Notes: a model not told the origin generated them from the sequence alone. A stretch of DNA of 64,000 nt from Armatimonadota bacterium (GCA_963677485.1 OY781964.1:544001-608000), one strand, 5' to 3'. Positions 27,933 to 38,773 are shown, numbered from the stretch's first letter. A program made the numbers and translations.

Positions 27933-29864
27933 ATGCCCAACACAGATTCTGAATTCCATCTGCGGCTGATCACCGGCTTGAAAACAGCAGCAGAACTCTC
28001 CACAGGTGATTACACACCTGAGCAGGCACTACGCGGGCTCATGCAGGTGGCTTGCGACATCACACAAGCCAGCAGTGGAGCTATTGGTTTGCTGGAAGAT
28101 GAAGGCACGACTCTGCACATCGTGGCCGCTGCCGGCGAGAATGGAGAAAACGTGCTGGGCATGCGTACCCGGTTGCAGGATAGCATCATGAGCAGTGTGT
28201 TTGATGGTGATGGACACGCACAGGAGCTGCCCGAGAGCACACAGTCCACCGCGGTACGCCCGCTGGTTTGCCAGAACGAGTTTGTAGGCGCGGTGGTGGT
28301 GATGAACCGCATCGGCGGCACACGCTTTAGCGAGAACGACCTGGATGCGTTGCAGATGTTGACCGCCTTCATCGTCAGCGTGACCAGCCGGGCACAGCTT
28401 CAGCGCACATCGATCAAGCAGAAGGCGCAACTGGAGGTGGTCTACGAGGCCACCCGTCAGCTCTCCTCCATGGATATCACCCGCCAGTTGGATGGACTGG
28501 TAGAGACCGTCTCCAAGCATCTGGAGCAGACCTATACCGCGCTCTTTTTGTTGATGGACGAAGATGACACACGCCTGCTCTACATTGCCGCGGAACGCGG
28601 GCTTGATGGCGACCAGCGCGAGGTCAGCCTGGACGCGAACACACCCTTCATCGCTCAGCTCATGCAGGATCGCAAGGCCGTGATCTACAACGATGTGGCC
28701 GCTGACCATATCGACCCCATCATTGCGGGCACGATCACTGGATCGATGCTGCTAGCACCCATCTACAGCACCCATGCGCTGGGCTTGCTGGTGGTCGGCT
28801 CTGCCGGCCGCAACGCCTATTCGCACGAAGATGGGGAGTTGATCTCAACGGTTCTGCAACAGGCGGGTCTGGCCTTGGAAAACGCCATGAACTACGAGGA
28901 GCTGCAACGCCGTGAAGTCACTGTGCGGTCGCTATATGAGCTCTCGGACAAGCTCAGCGGTACCTGGCAGCTCGACGAAGCTTTGAATCTGATCGTGAAC
29001 TATGCGCAACAGATGCTGTCGGTTGACCGTTGCGCGGTCTTGCTGCTGGATAAGGAAAACAGCAAACTGACGCTGGCCCAGAGCAAGAATATCCCTGAAG
29101 GAGCATTTCCAGCCAGTATCACACTTAAAAATGATGGGATACTTGCCAACGTAGTTGAGGAGTTGACTCCCCGCGTGATCACCGACCTATCGTGTGATCC
29201 TGACCAACTATGTTCCCTGGCAGGCATCACCTGCAGTATCTGTGCGTTGCCTATCACCTTCCGTAACGAAGTCCTCGGTGTGATATGTGTCGCCTCAGAT
29301 ATACGGCGTGAGTTTTCCGACCGAGACATCACCACGCTTTACATCATCACCAATCACGCGGCAGTGGCTGTCGACAACGCCCATAAACTCGAAGAGGAAC
29401 ATCGCAAATCTGAGGATATGCGGCGTTACTTCATGCGTGCCGCGAACACCGTGCGCAGTCTGCGGAAATCTGAGGCACCCCGCCTCACCGCCAGTTTTGC
29501 CTGCGATGTCACCGACGCCAGTTGTGCGATCTACTACCGCACCTCCCATGACAGTTGCCAGATCATCGCCACCTCTGGTGAAGCCGCGGCGAGCCTTGAG
29601 AATAAACGAGTTGATGCAGCTCATGTGCAGTGGGTTCTGCGTAACCAGCGCCATTTGCTGGTGAACGACATGCGCTCCGATGCCCGCTTCCAGAGCGACC
29701 CCATGGTGCTGCATCATAACATGCGAAGTTGCCTGGTCGCCCCGCTGGAGCTTGGCAGTGAGACCGGTGTGCTGGCACTATACTCGGAGAGCACCCGCGC
29801 CTTCCGCCGGCGCGATGTGGAGATTGTCAACACCATCGCGGAGCTGATCAAGCCCCGGCTGTAG
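27933..29864 (+). CDS. Multi-GAF-domain protein with no recognisable output domain
   Basis: Four GAF-like units ending FSENDLDAL, YSHEDGELI, FSDRDITTL, FRRRDVEIV. Confidence 0.8.
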   Translation: MPNTDSEFHLRLITGLKTAAELSTGDYTPEQALRGLMQVACDITQASSGAIGLLEDEGTTLHIVAAAGENGENVLGMRTRLQDSIMSSVFDGDGHAQELPESTQSTAVRPLVCQNEFVGAVVVMNRIGGTRFSENDLDALQMLTAFIVSVTSRAQLQRTSIKQKAQLEVVYEATRQLSSMDITRQLDGLVETVSKHLEQTYTALFLLMDEDDTRLLYIAAERGLDGDQREVSLDANTPFIAQLMQDRKAVIYNDVAADHIDPIIAGTITGSMLLAPIYSTHALGLLVVGSAGRNAYSHEDGELISTVLQQAGLALENAMNYEELQRREVTVRSLYELSDKLSGTWQLDEALNLIVNYAQQMLSVDRCAVLLLDKENSKLTLAQSKNIPEGAFPASITLKNDGILANVVEELTPRVITDLSCDPDQLCSLAGITCSICALPITFRNEVLGVICVASDIRREFSDRDITTLYIITNHAAVAVDNAHKLEEEHRKSEDMRRYFMRAANTVRSLRKSEAPRLTASFACDVTDASCAIYYRTSHDSCQIIATSGEAAASLENKRVDAAHVQWVLRNQRHLLVNDMRSDARFQSDPMVLHHNMRSCLVAPLELGSETGVLALYSESTRAFRRRDVEIVNTIAELIKPRL

Positions 29865-29915
29865 CGGCAGCGTGGCTGGCCTGCTCTGATCCACACCACT
29901 GGCGTTTAGTCACCC

Positions 29916-30070
29916 AGGGCGATTCGCGAATCGCCCCTACACGGCCCGCGTTCCGGCGGGCGTTGGGATGGCCACCCTCCCCTGCGCCGGTCGTTACATA
30001 ATCTGCGCCATCTGCGTCATCTGTGGATACATACTCCCCATTCGTGTCTCTTCGTGTCCATTCGTGGTTT
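29916..30070. repeat. REP palindrome and short 9-10-nt tandem repeats
   Basis: agggcgattcgcgaatcgcccctac; atctgcgcc-atctgcgtc-atctgtgg; ttcgtgtctc-ttcgtgtcca-ttcgtgg. Confidence 0.65.
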
Positions 30071-30287
30071 TAAATGAATCCCTTATACCCTTCGTGCCAA
30101 TCGCCACCCGCCTTGGAACCAGACCGGCGCGGTCTATAGCCTTCTGTGATCGCCAGCGTACTGAAGGACCGCCCCGGACTTAGCCAAATGAGCTTGTACC
30201 GGACGGACGAACCATTGACCTACCACATCAATCGATGTTACATTCCACTTGTATGTATAATCGTGACAAAGCAAGCTCAAGGGGTGT

Positions 30288-32450
30288 GTGATGAACAAAG
30301 CTAGTTGGACAGGAATCCTATCGGCAACTCTCATTCTGGCCGTATCGGTCGGACCTGCATTTTCTGCCATGACCATCGTTGAGTCAGACAACGCATCATT
30401 AGTGACGAGGGTGGAACCAGCGGGCACCAAATGGACGGACAACACCAACGAGGCCGGCTATCAGTTCCCGATGAGTTTTGTGAAGGACAAACCCTCGATG
30501 GCCAGCGGCGGCAGCGCTTTGAGCAGCGGATATGGCTTCCTTCACGGTCCTGGCACTGGAGCTGAGCTGAGCTACACGTTCAGCGGGCAGAACAGCGTAA
30601 GCGTCGGCTTCCTCGCACATGCGCAGGGTCAGATCGCAGAAGTGTATGTTGACGACGTGCTGAAAGCCACGGTGGACACGGAATCCCCAAGCGCGATAGA
30701 CTACGGCGGCGTGGCCGGCACCATGAGAGAGGTCTGCGTCGCGACGGGGTTGAGCAACGGACCGCATACTGTCAGAATCCGTAATACCGGCACTCACAGC
30801 TCCTCTCCCTCAACCGCCTGGGATTCGAACACGACTATGTACGGCGGAAGAGGCACCCAACTGGTCGTTGACTTCATCCGGACGGGTGACTATGCCTTTG
30901 GTACCATTAGTGGAACCGTGACTGATGGTTCAGGCCAACCGATCAAGAACGCCCGGCTGACCTTGAACTCTGGGATAGGTCCGTTTATCGACGGCGACGG
31001 CAGGACAGTCAACTATACCGACGGCGACGGTGGATACAACATCACGGGTCTTTCGGCCGGTAACTATACGCTGACTGTTAATCGGGGTGACCTGATCAAC
31101 GAAACCACCCAAGTGACGGTCACCGGTGGAGCCACCACCACAAAAAACATCTCATTCACTTCCACAGTAAACATCACCAAGCCGCGGCTGATGACACCCA
31201 CAGTCGTGGCCAGAGGCGGCACCATGCTTGCGGAGGTATCCGCACCGTCTGACACCACAGGCTGGGCGATGTCGCTCTTAAACCAGTATAAGACTATTCC
31301 GCTGACCGTGTATGCTTCCTACGGCACGAACAAAATCTGGAACGGCACCCGCCCGGGCTGGAGGCTGACTGCAGCCATCCCCGCAGGGACTCCGCAGGAG
31401 CTGTGGAATCTGACCGTGACGAACTCCGGCGGAACTGGAACGGAGTATAAGTCGGTCAAGGTGGTGGACACATTCGACAAGAACTTCAGCCTGATCCATA
31501 TGACCGACACTCACTGTGACACCAGGTTCTTTTGGGCACCCAATCCTGACAATGACGTCAAGTTCGCGACGATGCTGGAAGAAGCTGATATCATCAACCC
31601 AACATTCATCGCACTGAGCGGGGATTTTTGCCAGAGTCCCGGAATCACCCAGGCGTATGATGAACGAATGATCCCGATACTGCTCAACAACCGGAGTGTC
31701 CCCTGTTTTGTCACCAGGGGCAACCACGAAGCTCCACTTTCGGAGAGTCTACCATTCGATAACTGGTCCTGGGAAACCATGGTGGGACAGCTTACATACG
31801 ATGTCAAAATGGGGCCGATCAGGTTGTTCTGTCACGACGTGATGGCAGCCTCCTCGAAAAGCTGGCTGCAGACGGCATTTGCTGCGAGCCAGATGGATAG
31901 CAGCGATAAACTACGGATAATAGCCACCCATACGGTGAATGGCTTCGCTGGCACGTGGGCCCCCTCTACCCAGCCTTACCCCACCGTGTTGCTTTATGGG
32001 CACGGACACACAGACGCTTACAGCACATCGGCCGGCTACCCGCAAATCGAGTCCGCGTCGTCGCAAGGCTACACGATGCGTCTCGTCAGGTTCAACCGAG
32101 ATGGTTCGGGTAACTGGACACTGGGAAGTGTGGGCTACAACGGCGGTCAGAAATCTATGACCGTGGCATCAAGCCCCACAAAGCCATATATCAAGCGTAC
32201 GTTTCTAAAGGCCAATGACGGATCTCTGTCTACCAACACCGTGACGATACAAAATGATCTTTCGGAAACATTCGAGAATGCACGTGCCCGTTTCATCATG
32301 AAGCAGGGCACGCCGAAAGTGACCGGCGGCACCATCGTTGATTGCTATGATTCGGATGATCACCGCAAAACCATCGTGCTTGTGGAGATCAAAGCGACCG
32401 CGAACCAGTCGAGTTCGTGCTCTGTCACGACATCGGCCTTGCGCAAATAG
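30288..32450 (+). CDS. Secreted multidomain metallophosphoesterase (CBM-like, carboxypeptidase-regulatory-like and calcineurin-like domains)
   Basis: Signal peptide; GTISGTVTDGSGQPI; HMTDTH, SGDF, RGNHE, YGHGH. Confidence 0.8.
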   Translation: MMNKASWTGILSATLILAVSVGPAFSAMTIVESDNASLVTRVEPAGTKWTDNTNEAGYQFPMSFVKDKPSMASGGSALSSGYGFLHGPGTGAELSYTFSGQNSVSVGFLAHAQGQIAEVYVDDVLKATVDTESPSAIDYGGVAGTMREVCVATGLSNGPHTVRIRNTGTHSSSPSTAWDSNTTMYGGRGTQLVVDFIRTGDYAFGTISGTVTDGSGQPIKNARLTLNSGIGPFIDGDGRTVNYTDGDGGYNITGLSAGNYTLTVNRGDLINETTQVTVTGGATTTKNISFTSTVNITKPRLMTPTVVARGGTMLAEVSAPSDTTGWAMSLLNQYKTIPLTVYASYGTNKIWNGTRPGWRLTAAIPAGTPQELWNLTVTNSGGTGTEYKSVKVVDTFDKNFSLIHMTDTHCDTRFFWAPNPDNDVKFATMLEEADIINPTFIALSGDFCQSPGITQAYDERMIPILLNNRSVPCFVTRGNHEAPLSESLPFDNWSWETMVGQLTYDVKMGPIRLFCHDVMAASSKSWLQTAFAASQMDSSDKLRIIATHTVNGFAGTWAPSTQPYPTVLLYGHGHTDAYSTSAGYPQIESASSQGYTMRLVRFNRDGSGNWTLGSVGYNGGQKSMTVASSPTKPYIKRTFLKANDGSLSTNTVTIQNDLSETFENARARFIMKQGTPKVTGGTIVDCYDSDDHRKTIVLVEIKATANQSSSCSVTTSALRK

Positions 32451-32597
32451 AAGTCGATGCATCCAACCATCACCCAGATTTCGCCATTGTCCACCAAACA
32501 ATGCCATATCTACTTGCAACCGATGGTGGATCATGTTAATATTTGGTAGATGATGGGCGATTTTGGCCCGTAATGACTGAATTGGGAGCTTGACGAA

Positions 32598-34064
32598 ATG
32601 ACGGTCTACCTGACATTCGACATCGGTACCACATCGATGAAGACCGCGCTGGTGGCCGATGATGGTGTGATGCTCGCGGTTTATACCACCGAATACAGCT
32701 TCATGACGCCATCGCCCGGATGGGTGGAGATGGAGCCTGAGGCTTACTGGCAGGCCGCCATCGAGGGCACGCGTGAGGTTCTCCGACGCTCAAAAGTCAT
32801 ACCCGCAGACATCGCAGCCATCGGCTTCAGCTCGCAAGGCCAGACCTTCGTGCCGATAGACACCTCTGGCAAACCACTCTACAACGCGATCGTGTGGCTG
32901 GATGAACGCGCCGCGGAGATCACCAGAGAGTGGGAAGCCGCCTGGTTGTCTACTGCGCTGTTCCAGCAAATGGCTGGTTACCCTCAGATTTCACCTATGC
33001 TCACTGTGTACAAGATCGCATGGCTGGCCAGATACCAACCCGACGCTTTCAATGCCTGGAAGTTCCTCACCCTGCCCGACTACCTCATCTACCGTATGAC
33101 CGGTGAACTCGCCACCGACTTCACGATGGCCCAGACAACCGGGATGTATAATATCGGCTTACAGCAGTGGAACCCGCAGATGATCACCGCCGCAGGCATC
33201 CGCACAGATCAGCTTCCTAAAGTGCTCAAACCGGGTGATGTGGCGGGTAAGCTATCGAGTGCAGCGGCTGAGGCGTTGGGGCTCTGTGCGGGCGTACCGG
33301 TCTGCGTGGGTGCTAACGACCAACTCTGCGGAGCACTCGGTGCGGGTAACACTCGCGAAGGCATCGCCACGGAGACCACCGGTACGGCGCTGGCGGTTGT
33401 GGCCACCACCAACCAGCTCATCCGCGATTCGGGCTTCATCGTCGGTCGTCACCCGATGGGCAACGCCCACTTCGCCATGCCCTATACCAACACATCGGGC
33501 ATCGTGCTGAAGTGGCTGCGCGACCTCTGCGCCGAGGGTTCGAGTTATGAAAGTTTCCTAGCGGATGTAGAGCAGATTCCAGTTGGCAGCGATGGCATCA
33601 CGATGCTCCCCTACTTTTGCGGAACCGCCTCACCCGACTTCAATTCGGAGGCTCGCGGCGCGTTTGTCGGCCTCACCCTCGGGCACACCAAAGTGCATCT
33701 GGCCAGAGCTGTGATGGAGTCCTGCTGCTGTGTGCTTCAAGACTTGCTGGATGGGGTGGTCAAGCACGGCGTGTCGATCGATGTAGTGCGCTGCTTAGGT
33801 GGAGGTGCCCGCAGCGATGTCTGGCTGCAGATGAAGTCCGATATGCTTGGCACACGCGTAGAGCGGCCAGCCTGCACCGATGCCGCCTCCGTCGGAGCCG
33901 CCATCCTGGCTGCCGTGGGCACAGGACAGTGCGATTCCCTTCAGTCAGCCTCATCAAGCTGGTACCGCACCGATAAGGTGTTCGAGCCCGACAGCTCACG
34001 CTCCGCAGCCTACCAGGACGTATATCATCGACACATAGATATCCGAAAAAGGCTGTATGAATAA
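32598..34064 (+). CDS. FGGY-family carbohydrate kinase (xylulokinase-like)
   Basis: FDIGTTSMK, AIVWLDER, GANDQ, ARGAFVGL, GGGARS..W.Q. Confidence 0.92.
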   Translation: MTVYLTFDIGTTSMKTALVADDGVMLAVYTTEYSFMTPSPGWVEMEPEAYWQAAIEGTREVLRRSKVIPADIAAIGFSSQGQTFVPIDTSGKPLYNAIVWLDERAAEITREWEAAWLSTALFQQMAGYPQISPMLTVYKIAWLARYQPDAFNAWKFLTLPDYLIYRMTGELATDFTMAQTTGMYNIGLQQWNPQMITAAGIRTDQLPKVLKPGDVAGKLSSAAAEALGLCAGVPVCVGANDQLCGALGAGNTREGIATETTGTALAVVATTNQLIRDSGFIVGRHPMGNAHFAMPYTNTSGIVLKWLRDLCAEGSSYESFLADVEQIPVGSDGITMLPYFCGTASPDFNSEARGAFVGLTLGHTKVHLARAVMESCCCVLQDLLDGVVKHGVSIDVVRCLGGGARSDVWLQMKSDMLGTRVERPACTDAASVGAAILAAVGTGQCDSLQSASSSWYRTDKVFEPDSSRSAAYQDVYHRHIDIRKRLYE

Positions 34065-34099
34065 AGAAATTTCGAGAGTTGTTCATCGAACAGCCGCCT

Positions 34100-34305
34100 C
34101 CGCCACAGCCTAAAGGCTATGGCTATTGACATGTCAAGCCTGCTGAAGCAGGCTGCAGGGCTTCGCCCTGTTAGTGCAGCTGGTGAATGTATGCTGTATA
34201 GCGATTCATGCGCCAATTCTCGGTGCCAACCATACGGCACGAAGAGCCGCAGCATGCTTCAGCATGCTTGAAATGTCAATAGCCATGTGCTTTAGCGCGT
34301 GGCGG
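34100..34305. repeat. Long imperfect inverted repeat (about 60-bp arms), REPIN/MITE-like
   Basis: atggctattgacatgtcaagcctgctgaagcaggctgc pairs with gcagcatgcttcagcatgcttgaaatgtcaatagccat; extends outward to ccgccac / gtggcgg. Confidence 0.8.
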
Positions 34306-34380
34306 TGCCGGAATGAACGTAACAAAATCGCAATACACCCACAGCCCATATGCCGTGGACCATAAAAGTGAGGAATCAAC

Positions 34381-35769
34381 ATGAATAAGAAGCCGCTACT
34401 GCTTGGTTTTTGCCCCATCGGCAAGTTTGTGTTCAGCCATGAGGATGCCCTTAGGATAAAAGGCCTCCTTGAGGAGAAGTTCGCGGAGTGGGATGTCAAC
34501 TATGTGGGCATTGACGATGTGCTGCCTGACGGCATCGTGCGCTCACAAAAGGACGTCACCCCAGTGGTGGAGCACCTTCGCAAACAGGGCATCGACGCTC
34601 TGTTCATCCCGCACTGCAACTTCGGCACCGAGGGTGCGGCCGGTGTGATCGCACGGGAGCTTGGTGTGCCGGTATTGCTCTGGGGACCGCGGGACGACGC
34701 GCCGCTGGCCGATGGCACACGGTTGCGCGACTCGCTCTGCGGGTTGTTTGCCACCAGTAAGGTGCTGCACAAACTGAAGGTGCCCTTCCACTACATCGAA
34801 AACTGCTCGGTCGATGATCCAGCCTTCATGAATGGGTTCGACACCTTCCTGCGGGCCGCCAACGTGGTCAAGCGGATGAGGCGGCTGAAAATCGGGCAGA
34901 TTGGGCAACGTATCGACTTCTTCTGGACCACCATCGTGAACGAAAGTGAGCTGCTGGAGAATTTCGGCATCGAAGTACTGCCCATCGACATGGTGGAGTT
35001 CATCGAGAAGGTTCATGCTGAAGCACGCGACCACCACGACGAGATCATGCTGGAAGTTAACGCCACCACAGAACGCTTGAAGTTCGAGGGGTTTGACTCG
35101 CTGGAGCCCATCGTAAACATGATCGCCCTTCGCAATGTAATGCTCCGCGTGGCCGAATCCGAGCAGCTCGACGTCTTCTCGCTGCAATCCTTCTCCTCCA
35201 TCTGCGACGCATTGGACTGCATGGTGGAGTATGCCACCGCGATGGTCGCCGATGCTGGGGTGCCAGTTGCCTGTGAGTCGGACATCCATGGAGCGATCAG
35301 CTCCGCCATGCTCTCCGCGGCTTCATACGATAAGGAGCCCATCATCTTTGCGGACTTGACCGTCCGGCACCCCGAGAACGACAATGCCGTGCTCATTTGG
35401 CACTGCGCTTTCCCTGAGAGCTTGAAAAACCCAGATTCACCTGCATCGGTGGGCACGCACTGGATTCTGCCGGGGATTCAATCTGGCTCCTGCCACTGGG
35501 AGATGAAGCGTGGGCCACTCACCGTCGTGCGCTTCGACGGCGATGGCGGGCTTTACAGCACCATCAGCGGCGAAGGGCAAGCGGTGCCAGGACCCAGCAC
35601 GCTCAACACCTATGTGTGGATGGAAGTTCACAACTGGCCAGAGTGGGAGCGTATGTTCATCTACGGCCCATACATCCACCACGTCGCCTGCAGTTACGGT
35701 AACTACACGGATGTCATCAAACTGGCCTGCAAGTTCATTGCTGGCGTGGAACACGAGCAGTTGCCCTAA
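34381..35769 (+). CDS. L-fucose/L-arabinose isomerase family protein
   Basis: HCNFGTE, RDSLCG, PVACESDIHGA, WHC, YGPYIHH. Confidence 0.88.
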   Translation: MNKKPLLLGFCPIGKFVFSHEDALRIKGLLEEKFAEWDVNYVGIDDVLPDGIVRSQKDVTPVVEHLRKQGIDALFIPHCNFGTEGAAGVIARELGVPVLLWGPRDDAPLADGTRLRDSLCGLFATSKVLHKLKVPFHYIENCSVDDPAFMNGFDTFLRAANVVKRMRRLKIGQIGQRIDFFWTTIVNESELLENFGIEVLPIDMVEFIEKVHAEARDHHDEIMLEVNATTERLKFEGFDSLEPIVNMIALRNVMLRVAESEQLDVFSLQSFSSICDALDCMVEYATAMVADAGVPVACESDIHGAISSAMLSAASYDKEPIIFADLTVRHPENDNAVLIWHCAFPESLKNPDSPASVGTHWILPGIQSGSCHWEMKRGPLTVVRFDGDGGLYSTISGEGQAVPGPSTLNTYVWMEVHNWPEWERMFIYGPYIHHVACSYGNYTDVIKLACKFIAGVEHEQLP

Positions 35770-35821
35770 CGCAATAAGATCACCGATCAGGTGGTCACAC
35801 TAACGAAAAAGAGGAATACAT

Positions 35822-36616
35822 ATGTCATACCTATTCAGAGACCAATCCTGGCCCAAAATCCAGGAACACATTGATAAGCAGTCACTGTTGATCCTGCCGA
35901 TCGGCACCACCGAGGAGCACGGCCCTCATCTGCCCGTCGACACCGACGCCCGCATCGCTGAGGCGTTCGGCAACAGACTGGCCCAGGAACTCTCACCCGA
36001 TCTTCCGGTGCTGTTGATGGACACCATCCGTTACGGCTATTCGATGCAGATTATGAAGCAGTGGCCCGGCACCATCGTGGTCAGAAGCCGCGTGTTTATG
36101 GATATGGTGTTTGATATCTGCCGCTCCGTTCTGGACATGGGCTTCACCAAGCTTGTCATTCTCGACTGCCACGGGCACCACAGCGGCCCGCTCAACACCG
36201 TCTCACGTGAGCTCTGCGATGCTTGCGGGAAGGCGGTCTCGATCATCAGCCCAGCCCATATGTCGCGTGATGCCTTCAACGCGATCCGAAAATCACCGCA
36301 GGGTGGAGCCATCCACGCCTGCGAATGGGAGACCTCGCTCTGTCTGCACCTGAACCCTGAAGCGGTCGATATGTCGCTGGCCACCGATGTGGACCAGATG
36401 AACTACCATACGGAATTCGTGGCCGGTGACGGCTTCATGGGCCGCCAGATGGTCACATGGTCGACCTGGTATCTGCAGCCCAGTCAGACTGGCACCTACG
36501 GATCGCCCACCTTCGCGACCGCCGAGACGGGCAAAATCGTGATGGACGCCGCGGTTGAGAACTCCACGCGCTTCCTGCGCCAATACTGGGAGACACCATC
36601 ACAGCAGATTTTGTAA
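35822..36616 (+). CDS. Creatininase-family amidohydrolase
   Basis: PIGTTEEHGPHLPVDTD, DCHGH, HACEWETS, TGTYG.P..AT.E.G. Confidence 0.92.
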   Translation: MSYLFRDQSWPKIQEHIDKQSLLILPIGTTEEHGPHLPVDTDARIAEAFGNRLAQELSPDLPVLLMDTIRYGYSMQIMKQWPGTIVVRSRVFMDMVFDICRSVLDMGFTKLVILDCHGHHSGPLNTVSRELCDACGKAVSIISPAHMSRDAFNAIRKSPQGGAIHACEWETSLCLHLNPEAVDMSLATDVDQMNYHTEFVAGDGFMGRQMVTWSTWYLQPSQTGTYGSPTFATAETGKIVMDAAVENSTRFLRQYWETPSQQIL

Positions 36617-36640
36617 GGGCCCTTTCCGTAGTTTCCGGCC

Positions 36641-36669
36641 GTAGGGATGACCCTTGTGGGCATCCCTAC
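36641..36669. repeat. REP palindrome
   Basis: gtagggatgacccttgtgggcatccctac. Confidence 0.75.
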
Positions 36670-36703
36670 AATCGAGATTACCGGGTAACAAGGAGGTAAT
36701 ACC

Positions 36704-37798
36704 ATCGATAACGCAGCTCGCACACTGCTATATAAGCCAGACTGGGCGATAGCCCAGAAACGCTGGAACGCCTTCTGGGACTGCGGACCGACAGACAGAC
36801 CATGCCTGTGCGTGACCGCTCCGCGGCCTGTCACGTTGCCGCCGGAACCGGAATACCGCACGATGGAGGACTTCTACTTCGACCCGGAGTATGTCTCCAA
36901 CCGGATACTGAGGATGATGGAGTCCACATGGTTTGGCGGCGAGACGGTGCCCTCCTACAACTATCTCATGGCGGGTTATGCGCTGGGATGCGGGCCTGGG
37001 GTTGAGTTCGCGAAGGACACCGTTTGGCACCCCAGAAACTGGAAGAGCATTGATGATCCCGTGCCCTGGCACCCGGGACCAAATGATCCCTGGCGTCCGA
37101 AGATGGAAAAACTGCTCAATCGTATCATCGAAGCCTCGAAAGGCAAGTTCCTTGTGGGCTATGTCTGCCAGACGATGATGAATGATCTGCTCGCTGTTTC
37201 GCGTGGCACCGAGCAGTTTCTGATTGACCTCGCGACCAATATGGATACCTGCATCCTGCGCCTGAGCGAGACACTCCCGCTGTGGCTGGAGGATATGGAG
37301 CACTTCAGTCAGCTCGTGGATGCCCATCAACCGGGCTGCGGGCATGTGTGGGCTGACCTGTGGTCAGAGCAGCCGTTCGCCATCTCGCAGTCAGATATGT
37401 CTTGCATGGTCTCGAAGCAGATGTTTGAGAGCTATGCGCTGGCCGAAGTGGACTTCCTGGGTGAGCACTACGACCGTATCTGGTATCACCTTGATGGTCC
37501 AGGAGCAGTGCGCCACCTGCCGTCGTTGCTGAGCCGTCCGCATGTCCGGGCCATCCAATACGTGCCGGGTGATGGGGTTCCGTCGAATGGCCCCCACTGG
37601 ATGGAGGTCTATCGGCAGGTTCAGGAAGCCGGCCGATGCCTGGACATCACCGTACCGCTGGAGAATGTGGAGTATTTGGTGCGCCATTTGAGCCCCGAGG
37701 GGCTGCGCATCAACACCTCGACAGCCACCATCGCACAAGGCGAAGAGCTGCTCGATGCCGCCGTGAACTGGTGCGGTTCGGATTGGAACAAGGCGTGA
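36704..37798 (+). CDS. Uroporphyrinogen decarboxylase/MtaA-like barrel protein; apparent ATC start
   Basis: Frame is open upstream of 36812 (LYKPDW..AQKRWNAFW..DRPCL); SQSDMSCMVS, YHLDGPGA, AIQYVPG; AAGGAGGT SD precedes ATC at 36704. Confidence 0.75.
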   Translation: MDNAARTLLYKPDWAIAQKRWNAFWDCGPTDRPCLCVTAPRPVTLPPEPEYRTMEDFYFDPEYVSNRILRMMESTWFGGETVPSYNYLMAGYALGCGPGVEFAKDTVWHPRNWKSIDDPVPWHPGPNDPWRPKMEKLLNRIIEASKGKFLVGYVCQTMMNDLLAVSRGTEQFLIDLATNMDTCILRLSETLPLWLEDMEHFSQLVDAHQPGCGHVWADLWSEQPFAISQSDMSCMVSKQMFESYALAEVDFLGEHYDRIWYHLDGPGAVRHLPSLLSRPHVRAIQYVPGDGVPSNGPHWMEVYRQVQEAGRCLDITVPLENVEYLVRHLSPEGLRINTSTATIAQGEELLDAAVNWCGSDWNKA

Positions 37799-37894
37799 TG
37801 ATGAGGTATTCACTCAACACTCACCTGAAAGTTCACCATACTTCACCATATAATGACATTATATCTTGATATATATGGCGTATATTGGTAATAT

Positions 37895-38773
37895 ATGGTG
37901 GAATACAAACGAAATGAGAGGTGTCCGTTGAGTTCTATCCGACCGGAGCAACCGGCTGTCATCGCTGAAGACCGCCGTCAGAAGATCGTAGAGCGCATCC
38001 AACTGCAGGGCTCTGTGACGGTCAATGAACTGGCCGACTCGCTGGCCGTTGGCGCGAACACCATCCGCCGCGACCTGGAGCTGCTGGACAAAGAGGGCAA
38101 GCTGCGGCGATCCTATGGCGGAGCGGTGGCGATCAAAAGTGCCAGCCCGCGTCCGCCGTATGAGCAGACCCGCAACGAATACATGCTCGAGAAGTCATGG
38201 ATCGGACAGACGGCCCTCTCGTATGCACCAGACTCGGGCACGGTGTTCCTGGGATCGGGCAGCACCACCTACCAACTGGCATCGAAATGGTGTCCTTCCC
38301 CACAAGTGCATATCTTGACCAACTCCCTTGAGAACGTGCTATGCCTGACCAACAACGGCGTTGATTGCGTGGACTTCCCTGGAGGCAGCATCCGGCGGGA
38401 ATGCCTCGAATCGGACATGTCGATGTCCCGCGATATCCTGGACGGGCTCTATTGGGATGTCACCATCATGGGAGTGGAAGCCATTGATCCCGTGCGGGGC
38501 ATCACCGCACTCGACCGCTCCGGTGCGGAGCTGCAGCGGCTGATCATCGAGCATGGCGAAAAGGTGATCGTGCTCTGCGACTCATCTAAACTCGATCGGT
38601 TCGCCTATGCGCGCGTGGGGCCGGTCAGTATGATGGATATGCTCATCACAGATCCGGGCATCAGTCTCGAAACCATCAAGGCTTTTAACCTGGCAGGCGT
38701 GGAAGTGGTGGTCGCAGCGGCAACGAATGAGCTGCGACAGCACCACCCGCCGACCAATAACGTATTCGACTGA
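37895..38773 (+). CDS. DeoR/GlpR-family transcriptional regulator
   Basis: RRQKI..., TIRRDL..L...G.L.RSYGGA, FLGSGSTT, LTNSL, LCDSSK. Confidence 0.93.
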   Translation: MVEYKRNERCPLSSIRPEQPAVIAEDRRQKIVERIQLQGSVTVNELADSLAVGANTIRRDLELLDKEGKLRRSYGGAVAIKSASPRPPYEQTRNEYMLEKSWIGQTALSYAPDSGTVFLGSGSTTYQLASKWCPSPQVHILTNSLENVLCLTNNGVDCVDFPGGSIRRECLESDMSMSRDILDGLYWDVTIMGVEAIDPVRGITALDRSGAELQRLIIEHGEKVIVLCDSSKLDRFAYARVGPVSMMDMLITDPGISLETIKAFNLAGVEVVVAAATNELRQHHPPTNNVFD

